The notes: generated from the sequence alone by a model not told the origin. Positions 48,075 to 58,289 are shown, numbered from the stretch's first letter. The stretch is DNA of 64,000 nucleotides from Gemmatimonadaceae bacterium (GCA_045803545.1 JBJMOW010000004.1:320001-384000), one strand, 5' to 3'. Numbers and translations: made by a program.

Positions 48075-49540
48075 TTCCGTCGTGCCCGCGCAAAGTTATC
48101 TGGCACACGCTGGAGAGCCCACAGGGCAAGTGTCATCCCGATCGCGACGGTTAAAACGCCGGCGCGATAAGCAACGCCTTTGCCGAATACAGGGGTAAGT
48201 CCGTCAACTGCGAATGCCCACACGAAAGGACCTACGACAGCAGCCGCGCGCGATGACAACACCATCAGGCTGAAAAACCGCCCCGCTTCAACGTCGGGAA
48301 CAAGACTGAGAAGCAACGGCCGCTCCGCTGTCGACACACCGCCGTAAATGAGGCCGATGCAGGCGCCGACTATCCAGAAGATGTTCCGGGATGGAGCGAT
48401 GATCATCGCCAACAGCAGCACGATCCATCCTGCGAGTACCCAGGACAATGTTCTTTTCGGGCCAAAACGGTCAACGAGTTTTCCGATTCCGTACGCTCCG
48501 ATTACGGCAGGCACTGTCAGAATTACGAAGAGCGTTGCCTCGGATCCTTTCACGAACCCCATTGCGAAGATTGCGTACAACGCCATGTTGGCGATGATGG
48601 TTCCCATCGCATCTTGGTACAGGAACGACGTCAGTATGAAGCGTAATGTGCCGGGATAACGTTTGGCTTCTGCCAACGTATTCCGCACATCGGCAAATGC
48701 TTGACGCCAGGCAATTCGCTTGCGGTCGTGAATAACGTTGTGATCACGACAGAAGATGAAGAGCGGTAGCGAAAAAAGCAGAAATAGAATTGCGGTTGGA
48801 ACGAAGGTGGAAACGCGGCCGCCGTGACCTGTGAATGGAACTGCCGTACGAAGGAACAGGACGACCTTCTCCGGAACGGCACCGATGATCGGCATCGATC
48901 CGGTAAAAAAGGGGAAAGTGAGAATTACGCCGGTGATCGATCCGACATAACCAAGTGCTGCACCCAGCCCCGAGAGGCGCCCTCGATGATCGACCGGAAC
49001 GAGCTCGGGCATCATCGCATTGTAGAAAGGCTGTGCTCCCTGATAGCTGTAATTGGCAATGGTGAAGGCAGCGAGCATACCGAACAGCGCCAGGCCCGAC
49101 GACACCTGCGACGTGGTCGCAGAGCCGGTGACGCCTTCCCCGATCAACGGCAGACCGAATTGACCCAGTACCGCGATAAATGCCGTCGCGATACATGCGA
49201 TCAGTGTGAAACCAACTACCCATGGCTTTCGTCTCTGCGTTGCGTCGGATATTGCACCGAACACCGGGATCGAGACCACCACCATCGCTGATGCGATTCC
49301 ATTTACGGTTGCATAGAGAGTATTGGAGTGTCCGAGATCTGCGATGAGCCAGGCAGAGAAATACAGTGTCGCGATATTCATCGAAAACACCGTGTTCGCG
49401 AAATCGTAGAGCGCCCAGCTCATTCGCTCACGGAATTTCGCCATCGGCGGATTGAAATCACCCGCTGCTACATTGATCCGGCGGTCGCGGGAATCAGAGC
49501 CGTCTATTAGCGAATCAGTGATCGCCGTATCCATCCGCAC
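48071..49540 (-). CDS. MFS transporter (UMF1/Atg22-like)
   Basis: SWALYDFAN, FYNAMMPE, RLSGLGAALGYVG; about 12 TM segments. Confidence 0.9.
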   Translation of the reverse strand: MRMDTAITDSLIDGSDSRDRRINVAAGDFNPPMAKFRERMSWALYDFANTVFSMNIATLYFSAWLIADLGHSNTLYATVNGIASAMVVVSIPVFGAISDATQRRKPWVVGFTLIACIATAFIAVLGQFGLPLIGEGVTGSATTSQVSSGLALFGMLAAFTIANYSYQGAQPFYNAMMPELVPVDHRGRLSGLGAALGYVGSITGVILTFPFFTGSMPIIGAVPEKVVLFLRTAVPFTGHGGRVSTFVPTAILFLLFSLPLFIFCRDHNVIHDRKRIAWRQAFADVRNTLAEAKRYPGTLRFILTSFLYQDAMGTIIANMALYAIFAMGFVKGSEATLFVILTVPAVIGAYGIGKLVDRFGPKRTLSWVLAGWIVLLLAMIIAPSRNIFWIVGACIGLIYGGVSTAERPLLLSLVPDVEAGRFFSLMVLSSRAAAVVGPFVWAFAVDGLTPVFGKGVAYRAGVLTVAIGMTLALWALQRVPDNFARARRK

Positions 49541-49652
49541 TCCGTTGAGTTCGCCTCAACTCTACACTTTGGCGCCAGGTTCACAAATACGTATGCTGAC
49601 GTAGCACCACTTGGTTCTCGACGTCTACGCAGGCGCCCGTCAAATTACGGGC

Positions 49653-50579
49653 ATGTTATCTCGTACAGGTGTCAGCTCCGCGCTCGTTGTGCTGCTTGCA
49701 GTGACAATAGCCACAGCCTGTGGAGAGCGCGGTCGATCAAAAGAGGACTCGGCGCGTGCGCTTCCGCCTGTCTATCCAGGAGCACCCGCAGGAAACTCCG
49801 GCTGGGACGCTGATGCAGGTCCGGTCATGATTACACCACTCGAGAACAGTGTTGATACAGTTGCAGTGATAGTTCCGGAAGCAACCGATAGCACGCGGTC
49901 GATTGTGGAAACTATGAACGCACCGATAGCCGGACTTACATTCGATCTGTTTGGCAGGGGTGGCCGTTTGGCTTCAGCTCTTCGCCTGTCTTCGCTGCCT
50001 CCAGTCGATACCACCAAGCGCGATTGTTACGGATGGCCGGTCGCGAAACTACCCGAGAAGGTAGTGGATTGGAGCGTTGGTTTTGCGAGTGGTCGTGCGG
50101 TAGCTATTCCAATCGATTCAATCGAAGCGATGCACAGTGCTGATTCGGCTTCGATGGCCGTGGCACTTACGCGGGCGGCAGCTACGCTGGCCAGCGTTTC
50201 TGATCCGACGTTTCGCGGATTGCCATTTCGTGTAAGAACCGCATACAAGTTTCGTGTCGATTCCGTCGATGTCGTTGTCGCTGATGTAGTACGCGCGGTC
50301 AACGAAGAGGCGAATCCGCGAATCGAGCATCTGCTGATCGTCGGAGAACGGCCTAGCGGCAGCACGTCGATGTTGACAGTCCGTTATTCGAATCGAACTG
50401 CGGGCCCAGAGGAATCGACCCAAGCTAGCGAGCTGCTCTCTGTCGTAGCTATCGGCGAATCGAAAAAACCTACGATAATCCTGGGTATCGAATACAGCGA
50501 CGGCCGGCGACTGGGACTGCTCGAGCGAGTTGGAGGTGAATGGCGCGCGACGTGGAGAAGCGCATACACCGATTGCTGA
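49653..50579 (+). CDS. Hypothetical lipoprotein
   Basis: MLSRTGVSSALVVLLAVTIATAC lipobox; ends YTDC. Confidence 0.65.
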   Translation: MLSRTGVSSALVVLLAVTIATACGERGRSKEDSARALPPVYPGAPAGNSGWDADAGPVMITPLENSVDTVAVIVPEATDSTRSIVETMNAPIAGLTFDLFGRGGRLASALRLSSLPPVDTTKRDCYGWPVAKLPEKVVDWSVGFASGRAVAIPIDSIEAMHSADSASMAVALTRAAATLASVSDPTFRGLPFRVRTAYKFRVDSVDVVVADVVRAVNEEANPRIEHLLIVGERPSGSTSMLTVRYSNRTAGPEESTQASELLSVVAIGESKKPTIILGIEYSDGRRLGLLERVGGEWRATWRSAYTDC

Positions 50580-50609
50580 TGGTTTTTTGGGTTTCGGATG
50601 GTCTCTATA

Positions 50610-51386
50610 TCAAAGACCGGTCGGCGCGCTGACAAAGTCCCACGGCACGCCGTACCTCTCACTCAAGTGCTGTGCAAGCGCACACACGCCGAGTGTCTCC
50701 GTTGCGTAGTGGCCGGCGTAGATAATCACAAGATCATTTTCCTCGGCGGTGATCGCGGTCCAATGTGGGCCTTCGCCCACAATTAAAGTGTCGATTCTCG
50801 CGTCGATTGCTTCCTGAAGGGTATCCGCTGCGGCACCGGCACCGCTGCACATACCCCAGTGTCGAGTGCGTCGTCCATCTACTATCGGCGTTGTCCTCGT
50901 CGCATGTCCGTATTTGCGCGCAAAAGAAGTTGCCCTTTCCGCGAGTGATTGCGTCGGAATGTCGCTGTCACCCGCCACGCCGATAAAGATTCCCTGATAG
51001 CGCGCGAATTCTCTGGTGGGTGTGAGATGGAGCTCCTTCGCGAGGAGCACGTTGTTTCCCAGTGTCGCGTGGCAATCGAGTGGAATGTGTGAGGAGTAGA
51101 CGGCCATATCGTAGTCGAAGAGCAAGCGGGCTCGCCGGTGTGCGGCGCCTGTAAGTGGTGATAAACCGCCCCAGAACATTCCGTGATGTACGATTAGTAG
51201 GTTTGCGTCTAACGCGTGGGCGCCTTCGATGCCCCGCGTTGAAAAGTCTACGGCCGCTGCAATTCCGCGAAGTGGAACCGAGGCCTGAAACTGCAAGCCA
51301 TTGAGTGCGCTTGGATAATCAGGAATCGCGTGAGTGTTGAGTAGCTCATCAGCGTACGCGCATACCTCATCTATGATGGTACTCAT
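50610..51386 (-). CDS. Nif3/YbgI (DUF34) dinuclear metal-centre protein
   Basis: DY..ALNGLQ, VHHG, HIPLDCH...GNN, GHYATE. Confidence 0.92.
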   Translation of the reverse strand: MSTIIDEVCAYADELLNTHAIPDYPSALNGLQFQASVPLRGIAAAVDFSTRGIEGAHALDANLLIVHHGMFWGGLSPLTGAAHRRARLLFDYDMAVYSSHIPLDCHATLGNNVLLAKELHLTPTREFARYQGIFIGVAGDSDIPTQSLAERATSFARKYGHATRTTPIVDGRRTRHWGMCSGAGAAADTLQEAIDARIDTLIVGEGPHWTAITAEENDLVIIYAGHYATETLGVCALAQHLSERYGVPWDFVSAPTGL

Positions 51387-51398
51387 TAGCCGACGGGT

Positions 51399-51488
51399 TG
51401 TGGAGAACCTTTTACGGGCAAAAACTTGACTTTGCTAACTCCTTATACCACAACAAGTTACAGGACGATTTATCAACAATGTTGATTA
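51399..51488. promoter_or_regulatory. Cluster of DnaA-box-like sites around copy 2 of the IHF-like motif
   Basis: TGTGGAGAA (51399), CTAACTCCTTATACCACAACAAGTTA (51435-51460), TTATCAACA (51470), inverted TGTTGATTA (51480). Confidence 0.4.
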
Positions 51489-52373
51489 ATCTGGCACCCG
51501 CATAAGCTCTAGTAAACGCTCAAGGTCGTCAGCGGAGTAGAAATGAATCGTGACTGCTCCTCGGTTGCCGGAAGCGACCTTTACCATAACGTCAGTTTGA
51601 AGATGCCGCCGTAGCCTTTCTTCGACGTGGCGTACCTCAGCTGGCTGACGATCGACTGACCGCGGGCGTCCGGTTTTCTTCCTGGTCGATATCCCAACGC
51701 TCCTCAAGCGGCCCTCGACCTCGCGTACCGTCAAGCCTTCTCTTACGATCTCAGCTGCGAGGGAGATTATCCGCTCTTCGTCGTCGAGCCCCAACAAAAC
51801 CTTGGCGTGTCCCATCGAGAGTTGTCCTTCCTGCAACAAACTTCGGACAGCATCAGGTAGTTGCAGGAGTCGCAGCACGTTCGCGATCGTGGTGCGGTCC
51901 TTGCCTACGGTCTCGGCAATTTGTTGCTGAGTCAGCGAGAACTCTTGGGCAAGCTGGCGATACCCTTCTCCCTCTTCGATCGGATTGAGGTCAGTGCGCT
52001 GAAGGTTTTCGATCAGAGCTAAGGTAAGAAGCGTCCGGTCATCGATTTCCTTTATGATTGCAGGGATTTCTCTCCAGCCGAGCGCTTTTGCAGCACGAAG
52101 GCGTCGCTCGCCGGCTATCAACTCGAAGCCATCTTTTCCTGGGCGTCGACGGACTGTAATTGGCTGAAGCAGGCCACTCGCCTTTAGGCTCTCCTGCAAT
52201 TCCGCCAGATCCTCAGCTTTGAATTCTCGGCGTGGCTGAAACGGGTTCCGGCTGATCTGCCCAACTGGAATTGACTTCAGCGCACCATCGTCGCTGGTTG
52301 CGAGTCCAGTTGCACTACCGAGGAGTGCCTCGAGGCCGCGACCCAAACGGCGCGGGGTTTTTTCAGTGGCCAC
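51486..52373 (-). CDS. parB: Chromosome partitioning protein ParB
   Basis: LGRGLEAL, NPFQPR, GERRLRA, LIENLQRTDL, MGHAK; GTG 52373 after AAGGAG. Confidence 0.97.
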   Translation of the reverse strand: MATEKTPRRLGRGLEALLGSATGLATSDDGALKSIPVGQISRNPFQPRREFKAEDLAELQESLKASGLLQPITVRRRPGKDGFELIAGERRLRAAKALGWREIPAIIKEIDDRTLLTLALIENLQRTDLNPIEEGEGYRQLAQEFSLTQQQIAETVGKDRTTIANVLRLLQLPDAVRSLLQEGQLSMGHAKVLLGLDDEERIISLAAEIVREGLTVREVEGRLRSVGISTRKKTGRPRSVDRQPAEVRHVEERLRRHLQTDVMVKVASGNRGAVTIHFYSADDLERLLELMRVPD

Positions 52374-53151
52374 CGTTCTCTCCTTGCGCAGTCCGTTGGA
52401 TGAGCTCTTTCGCAACGTTCATGTAGGCTTGGGCGCCGACCGAGGTGACGTCATAAATAATGATTGGTTTGCCAAAACTTGGTGCTTCGGCGAGCCGGAC
52501 ATTCCGTGGAACAACGTTCTCAAAAACTTTTGCTCCGAAATATTCTCTCGCATCGTCGGCGACCTGACGAGAGAGATTCAGCCGTGAGTCGTACATCGTG
52601 AGCAGTACACCCTCGATACCCAGCTTTTCGTTCGCGCTGTGCTGGACTCGATGAACGGTGTTGAGAAGCTGAGAGAGACCTTCGAGAGCGTAGTACTCGC
52701 ACTGAAGCGGAATGAGTAGCGTGTCCGCGGCCACCAACATGTTGATAGTGATCAAGCCGAGTGATGGCGGGCAGTCGATGATTACGTATTTATAGTCGTC
52801 GCGAAGTGAATCAACTGCGCTGCGCATGACATGGTCTCGGTCTGCCTTGTCTACGAGCTCGACCTCGGCGGCGGCAAGATCCGGAGTTGCGCCAATAACA
52901 TCGAGCTTCTCGAACTGTACCCCCTCTTGTCGGGACGAGCGCAGATCGGAATTTCCGACCAGGACATCGTAGAGAGTGAGCGGCACCTGTTCCTTCTGGA
53001 GACCCACACCACTCGTAGCATTGCCCTGAGGGTCAGCATCAACGAGGAGGGTGTGTTGCTCGGCTGCTGCGAGACTCGCAGCAAGATTTACTGCAGTTGT
53101 GGTTTTACCTACGCCACCTTTCTGGTTGGCAATCGCGATGATTCGCGCCAC
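52363..53151 (-). CDS. parA: Chromosome partitioning ATPase ParA/Soj
   Basis: NQKGGVGKTTT, DADPQGN, DCPPSLG, QCEYYALEG, RNVRLAEAPS. Confidence 0.97.
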   Translation of the reverse strand: MARIIAIANQKGGVGKTTTAVNLAASLAAAEQHTLLVDADPQGNATSGVGLQKEQVPLTLYDVLVGNSDLRSSRQEGVQFEKLDVIGATPDLAAAEVELVDKADRDHVMRSAVDSLRDDYKYVIIDCPPSLGLITINMLVAADTLLIPLQCEYYALEGLSQLLNTVHRVQHSANEKLGIEGVLLTMYDSRLNLSRQVADDAREYFGAKVFENVVPRNVRLAEAPSFGKPIIIYDVTSVGAQAYMNVAKELIQRTAQGENGGH

Positions 53152-53197
53152 GTACTCTGGGGAAGGGTTGACGCAAATCTATTCGGGCGGAGGGTTT

Positions 53198-53213
53198 GTT
53201 TCCACGTGGAATG
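53198..53213. other. parS site 1
   Basis: GTTTCCACGTGGAATG; palindromic core TTCCACGTGGAA upstream of parA. Confidence 0.8.
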
Positions 53214-53220
53214 TCCGATT

Positions 53221-53236
53221 AGTTCCACGTGGAAAC
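53221..53236. other. parS site 2
   Basis: AGTTCCACGTGGAAAC; same core, 23 bp from site 1. Confidence 0.85.
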
Positions 53237-53253
53237 CAGCGACAGTAACCCAG

Positions 53254-53979
53254 TCAGCGGCTGGGTAAGAACCGCCAGCGAGTCATGACATCTACTCCCA
53301 ACGTTTCGTCGCCTGGATTGATAGGGGTATCAGCTTGGGCTACTCCACTGGCGCGCGCCATCATCATCGGCTGAGGTCGAGGTGGACTTGCCGTCAATAC
53401 ATTCACCTCGAGGAGCGGACCAAGCGTCCCACCTGCAGCGTGAGCAGCAGCCTCTGCATCAGCGCGCGCCATTTCGATCGCACTTCCAATCGCCGTCCGG
53501 CGGGCTCCCTGCGTGTTCGATGAATAGAATTGCAAGGAGCTGATCACGTTCGCTCCATGAGAAAGAGCGGCGTCAATGACCTTGCCCACCTGATCAAGGC
53601 GGCGGATATCGGCGACAATGGTGTTGGTCACATTGTAACCTGAGACGATCGGGTCTTTCCCCTGTTCATACCGTTGCTCGGGATAAACCTGGTAGTTGAC
53701 CGTGGAAAGCTGATCGTTGGTGAGACCGAGAGCTTTCAATGCGGACAACACAGCTTGCTGTTTGGTGGCGTTTTGAGCAGCGGCCTCGGATGCAGTCCCA
53801 GCGCGAGTCTGCACAGCTATCTGAATCGTCGCACGATCTGATGCCACCTTTACCTCCCCATGGCCGGTGACAACAATTTGTGCGATTTGAGGGCCTACTG
53901 GCGCCATGTTGTCCTGAGCATGGGTCGTAACTGGCGTAACTAAGACGCCAAATAAGCTGAAAACAGGCATCATTTTCAT
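53254..53979 (-). CDS. SIMPL/DUF541 (YggE/BP26-like) periplasmic protein
   Basis: IVVTGHGEV..DRA, LST...VYP.Y, ARADAEA, PINPG; signal peptide. Confidence 0.9.
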   Translation of the reverse strand: MKMMPVFSLFGVLVTPVTTHAQDNMAPVGPQIAQIVVTGHGEVKVASDRATIQIAVQTRAGTASEAAAQNATKQQAVLSALKALGLTNDQLSTVNYQVYPEQRYEQGKDPIVSGYNVTNTIVADIRRLDQVGKVIDAALSHGANVISSLQFYSSNTQGARRTAIGSAIEMARADAEAAAHAAGGTLGPLLEVNVLTASPPRPQPMMMARASGVAQADTPINPGDETLGVDVMTRWRFLPSR

Positions 53980-54046
53980 TTGTTATTACCTGGATGTTGA
54001 AGTTAGCCTTCCTTGGGAGACGTCGCGGAGTTCCTGCTCTGCACAC

Positions 54047-55027
54047 CTACGATAAAAGTGCTGCCTCAATCTCATGGATGCGATCGAGGTTCATTCCGAT
54101 GATTCCCTCGCTTTCGCTGCGCAAGAACATGTTCGCGAATTTCGCACCCCACACGATTTCGTTAGCCTCGTATGAAGAGCGGGAATGCACCGTGGCGGAA
54201 ATCGTTTCGTCGGTTGCAATCAAGAGCACTAACAACTCAGCTTCCGCTGCGACGAGATCTTTTTGAGTGAGCCGCCACATCGGACTGTTCGCATCAATGG
54301 GATGTACTACGGTCCAACTAAGAGGGAAAAACACCACGCGCTGTCGCTCGAGCGGCAGCTCGTAGAATTTCCTTACGGTTGAACCACCAGCCGTCCGCTC
54401 GATCTTCGTTAGAATTGCCTGGATCTGAACATCGATCAATTGGCTGCTGCGCGCGTTGGCGATGCGGAATTCAAGAGCGGCCCCGCCACGATATGGTGCG
54501 ACCACTGCGTTCTGGCTGTAGATGATCCTTGCCGAAGGCCGTGAGAATCGAGCGAAGATCACACCGGTAACGAGTGCTACGCTTACGATACTCAACAACG
54601 CTTCAGTCGAAACCAGCGTGTTCGCTAAAACACCTACCGGATAGATGTTTCCGTATCCGATCGTGGCGAAGGTGTCGACACTGAAGAAAAACGCGCGATA
54701 GAAGGGCTCGTTTGCGAACTGGCCCGTCGATGTCTGTAACGCGCCCGGACCACAGAGCAGGAACGCCCCCGCGAATAACGCATTCACGCCAACGAAGTAC
54801 ACGCAAATGAAGAGCAGAAACTGGGGCCAGGAGACTCTCAGCAACCATTGATAGAGCCCGAGCGATGAAAGTGGATTCAAGCCTTCGCGCGCCACATTGA
54901 AGGTGCCATCGCGATTGAGCAACCGTCGCCTCGTACCCCGTGCGACTTCAGTTCCGAAACCGAGGTCTTTGAATTCGTCCCTGGGTTCGGTGGACGGAGA
55001 AGGCTGTGCGTCTAGTGTTGTCGACAT
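54047..55027 (-). CDS. KirBac-type inward-rectifier potassium channel
   Basis: AFFFSVDTFATIGYG filter, FARFSRP, FRIANAR, WTVVHPIDANSP. Confidence 0.92.
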   Translation of the reverse strand: MSTTLDAQPSPSTEPRDEFKDLGFGTEVARGTRRRLLNRDGTFNVAREGLNPLSSLGLYQWLLRVSWPQFLLFICVYFVGVNALFAGAFLLCGPGALQTSTGQFANEPFYRAFFFSVDTFATIGYGNIYPVGVLANTLVSTEALLSIVSVALVTGVIFARFSRPSARIIYSQNAVVAPYRGGAALEFRIANARSSQLIDVQIQAILTKIERTAGGSTVRKFYELPLERQRVVFFPLSWTVVHPIDANSPMWRLTQKDLVAAEAELLVLLIATDETISATVHSRSSYEANEIVWGAKFANMFLRSESEGIIGMNLDRIHEIEAALLS

Positions 55028-55105
55028 GCGAGCGAAGCGCGAGACCAACCGGGGGAAGTTGCAAACATAATGGCCACGAATTTTGGCTAAAGCTACATTC
55101 GTTCG

Positions 55106-56005
55106 ATGGAATCCACGGACAAATCGGTTGGCCGCGCGGTTCTGCTGATCGTGATTTCTGCGCTGAGTTTTGGATCGATCTCAGTGCTAACCGTACTCAT
55201 AACGCGGGAGCACCTGCCGCTGATCACGGCGATGGCGTGGCGTTATTTCCTTGCCGGCGTCATCCTCGGCTTGCTTATCCGCCCCTTTAGATCCCGCGTA
55301 ATTAACCCCCGTCAGATTCTGCAGCTAATGCTGATTGGCGGATGCGGGCAGGCACTGATTACATATCTGAGTCTACACGCACTCGAATACATCTCCGTCG
55401 GACCACTCGCGTTCCTCTTCTATACGTATCCGGCGTGGGTTGCCTTGCTGGCAGCAGCGCGTAGAACAGAGCGACTCACAGCTTTACGAATTGGAGCGCT
55501 GACACTTGCGCTGATCGGCGTCACGATCATGGTGGGTGCACCAAAGGAAAAACTGAACATCATCGGGGTCGCGCTCGCGGTGTCGTCTGCGATTCTGTAC
55601 TCGCTGTATCTGCCGGCGCTCGAGCAACTCCAGCGCGGAATTCCAGCGCTCCTTGCCACTTTCTATCTCATCGCAGGTTCTGCGATCGCATTCGTTCTCG
55701 CTGCGCTGATCAGAAGCGAGCTTCACGTTCCCCGCAACGCGGCTGTGTGGGTGAATATTTTCACACTGGCCTTTGTATCGACTGTAATCGCGTTCTCAAC
55801 GCTGATAAAAGGAGTCTCGATCCTCGGTCCAGTCCGGACGTCCATTATCGCCACCGTCGAGCCGTTCTTTACTGCAATACTGGGAATGATTGTGCTGAGT
55901 AGTGAGTTTACCGTGTCAACGCTCCTTGGCGGAGCGCTGATTGGTGCGGCGATACTTGTCATAGAGCTCAGCGCGGGTCGCGAGGAAGTACAGGCTACGG
56001 TGTAG
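55106..56005 (+). CDS. DMT/EamA family transporter
   Basis: About 10 TM segments, AWRY, FYTYP, TVEP motifs. Confidence 0.9.
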   Translation: MESTDKSVGRAVLLIVISALSFGSISVLTVLITREHLPLITAMAWRYFLAGVILGLLIRPFRSRVINPRQILQLMLIGGCGQALITYLSLHALEYISVGPLAFLFYTYPAWVALLAAARRTERLTALRIGALTLALIGVTIMVGAPKEKLNIIGVALAVSSAILYSLYLPALEQLQRGIPALLATFYLIAGSAIAFVLAALIRSELHVPRNAAVWVNIFTLAFVSTVIAFSTLIKGVSILGPVRTSIIATVEPFFTAILGMIVLSSEFTVSTLLGGALIGAAILVIELSAGREEVQATV

Positions 56006-57920
56006 TAGCCATTCTCCTGCGCCGTTCAACCTCGATGACGAGGTTTTGCAGATCACTTGGGCTTACACCGGGGATGCGTGATGCTTGGGCGAGAGATTGT
56101 GGCTTGACCCTCGCGAGCTTCTGACGAGCCTCGAGGGACAGCGATCTCATGTCCTCATATTCGAGGTTAGCAGCAAGCGCAAAATCACCCATGCGCCGCA
56201 TTCGATCAGCTTGTGCGCGCTCTCGCTCGAAGTAACCTGCGTACTTGATCTCCAGATCCGCGGTTACGAGTGCTTCCCGACTGAGAGTCTGGCCAACACC
56301 GACGGCTTCGAATAGAGCGTGCAGAGAAGCCTCCTGACGTCTTGCTACTTCGACGATTTTGATGCGATGCTGCAGCGGCGTGCTCCCTGCCAGCGAGAGA
56401 ACCGGGGCCGCTTCCTCGGGTCGAATACTGGTCGTCTCAGCGAGATGCAATGCTTCTTCTTCGCCGGCCAGACGATGCGCAATCACCTCTCGCTCAGGAT
56501 TTGTGTAGACACCGAGTTCGTTGCCAATCGAGCCCAATCGTCGGAGAGCATTATCCTGGCGTACAGTTAGCCGAAACTCGGAGCGCGAGGTGAATAAGCG
56601 GTAGGGTTCATCGACCCCACGTGTGACGAGATCGTCGATCAAGACACCGATGTAGGAGGTTTCTCGTCCGAGTACCACCGGCGAACGACTCTGTGTCCGA
56701 AGAGCTGCATTCAATCCGGCGACCAGCCCCTGCCCCGCTGCTTCCTCATAGCCAGTGGTGCCATTAATCTGGCCGGCGAAATAAAGGCCGGCGATCGTCT
56801 TCACCTGCAGAGAGGAATCGAGCTGAGTGGGCGGGTAATAGTCGTACTCGATTGCGTAACCGGCGCGATTCATTCGAACGTCGGAAAGGCCGCGCACCGA
56901 ACGAAGAATCTCGAGCTGTACTGGTGCTGGAAGCGACGTCGACAAACCGTTCACGTAGAGCTCGCCCGTGTCGTGTCCTTCCGGCTCGAGGAAAAGCTGA
57001 TGTCGTTCGGCCGCCGGAAACTTCACAATCTTGTCCTCAACGGATGGGCAGTAGCGCGGCCCCTGTGAAGAGATCGCGCCGCCGTACATCGCTGATTTTC
57101 CGATGTTGTCACTGATGATTTGCTTCCCCCGTTCTTCGAGGAAGGTGATCCAGCATGGTAACTGGGCCGGGTGGCGAATCGAATCTCCCAGTCGGCGAGT
57201 GCGAGGCCAGAAGTGTGACCAGGAGTAGTCAAACTGCTCAATCTCGCTCTCCTGGATCTCCAGCTGACTGAAATCAACCGAACGACCGTCGATGCGCGGA
57301 GGTGTTCCCGTCTTGAAACGCGCGACGGTCAAGCCAGCGCTCTCGAGTTGCTCCGCAAGGTGTGTCGTCGCGGACTCGCCCGCTCTGCCGCCTGAAATCC
57401 GCGTATCTGTTCCGATATGAATGCGGCCGTGCAGGAACGTTCCCGTAGTAATCACCACGCTGCGGGCACCGAACCTTCGTCCTTCGAGGGTCTCGACTCC
57501 TGCGAGCTGATCTCCGTTGAAGATCAATCGTGCCACTGTGCCTTGAATCGTTTGAAGATTGGATTGCTGTTCGATGAGCGAGCGCACAGAGCGCCGGTAT
57601 AATCCGCGATCACACTGAGCTCTCGGCGCCCAGACTGCAGGCCCCTTGCTGCGATTGAGCATTCGGAACTGGATCATCGCGAGATCGGTTGCCTTGCCCA
57701 TGACTCCGCCCAGTGCGTCGACCTCGCGGACGACAGTACCCTTCGCGACGCCGCCAATCGCTGGATTGCACGACATCTGGCCGATGGTCTCGAGTGCGCT
57801 CGTGATCAGCCCGACTCCGACCCCAACTCGAGCTGCGGCAACAGCCGCTTCGGTTCCGGCGTGACCGGCACCGATGACTATTACGTCGAACTGGCTCTCA
57901 AAGCTCGGAAGTGCAACCAT
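55995..57920 (-). CDS. mnmG: tRNA uridine 5-carboxymethylaminomethyl modification enzyme MnmG (GidA)
   Basis: GAGHAG, MSCNPAIGG, KTGTPPR, GPRYCPSVEDK, GQINGTTGYEEAA. Confidence 0.98.
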   Translation of the reverse strand: MVALPSFESQFDVIVIGAGHAGTEAAVAAARVGVGVGLITSALETIGQMSCNPAIGGVAKGTVVREVDALGGVMGKATDLAMIQFRMLNRSKGPAVWAPRAQCDRGLYRRSVRSLIEQQSNLQTIQGTVARLIFNGDQLAGVETLEGRRFGARSVVITTGTFLHGRIHIGTDTRISGGRAGESATTHLAEQLESAGLTVARFKTGTPPRIDGRSVDFSQLEIQESEIEQFDYSWSHFWPRTRRLGDSIRHPAQLPCWITFLEERGKQIISDNIGKSAMYGGAISSQGPRYCPSVEDKIVKFPAAERHQLFLEPEGHDTGELYVNGLSTSLPAPVQLEILRSVRGLSDVRMNRAGYAIEYDYYPPTQLDSSLQVKTIAGLYFAGQINGTTGYEEAAGQGLVAGLNAALRTQSRSPVVLGRETSYIGVLIDDLVTRGVDEPYRLFTSRSEFRLTVRQDNALRRLGSIGNELGVYTNPEREVIAHRLAGEEEALHLAETTSIRPEEAAPVLSLAGSTPLQHRIKIVEVARRQEASLHALFEAVGVGQTLSREALVTADLEIKYAGYFERERAQADRMRRMGDFALAANLEYEDMRSLSLEARQKLARVKPQSLAQASRIPGVSPSDLQNLVIEVERRRRMATTP

Positions 57921-57989
57921 AGATTAAAGATACGCATATGCGAGACGCATCCTGGAATCGAACCTCGGCGCTCTAAAGCTCTCCAAACC

Positions 57990-58289
57990 ATGCCAATCCA
58001 ACTAGCGCACACTCAAGGAACGGTTCTGATCCGCCGTAGCGCATTCGAGCGAGCAAACCTCACGCGATCAGCAGTCGACGAGCGATACAATCTTACCGAC
58101 GAAGAGTTTCAGGTCGAAGGTGATCTTATCGTGATTGGCCCTCTGCCGTCAGACGACCTGATTCCCGAAATGATCGAGGATCTCGAACGAAGTGGCCTGA
58201 CGTATTTCGATGATTTTTTCGATCTGAGCGGAAACTGGCCGGACTGGCTGGCTATTTACGCTCGCGCTCGAGAGGGGAAGCAGCTTTAG
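57990..58289 (+). CDS. Small acidic hypothetical protein
   Basis: MPIQLAHTQGTVLIRR...GLTYFDDFFDLSGNWPDWL; 4-nt convergent overlap with the next gene. Confidence 0.7.
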   Translation: MPIQLAHTQGTVLIRRSAFERANLTRSAVDERYNLTDEEFQVEGDLIVIGPLPSDDLIPEMIEDLERSGLTYFDDFFDLSGNWPDWLAIYARAREGKQL

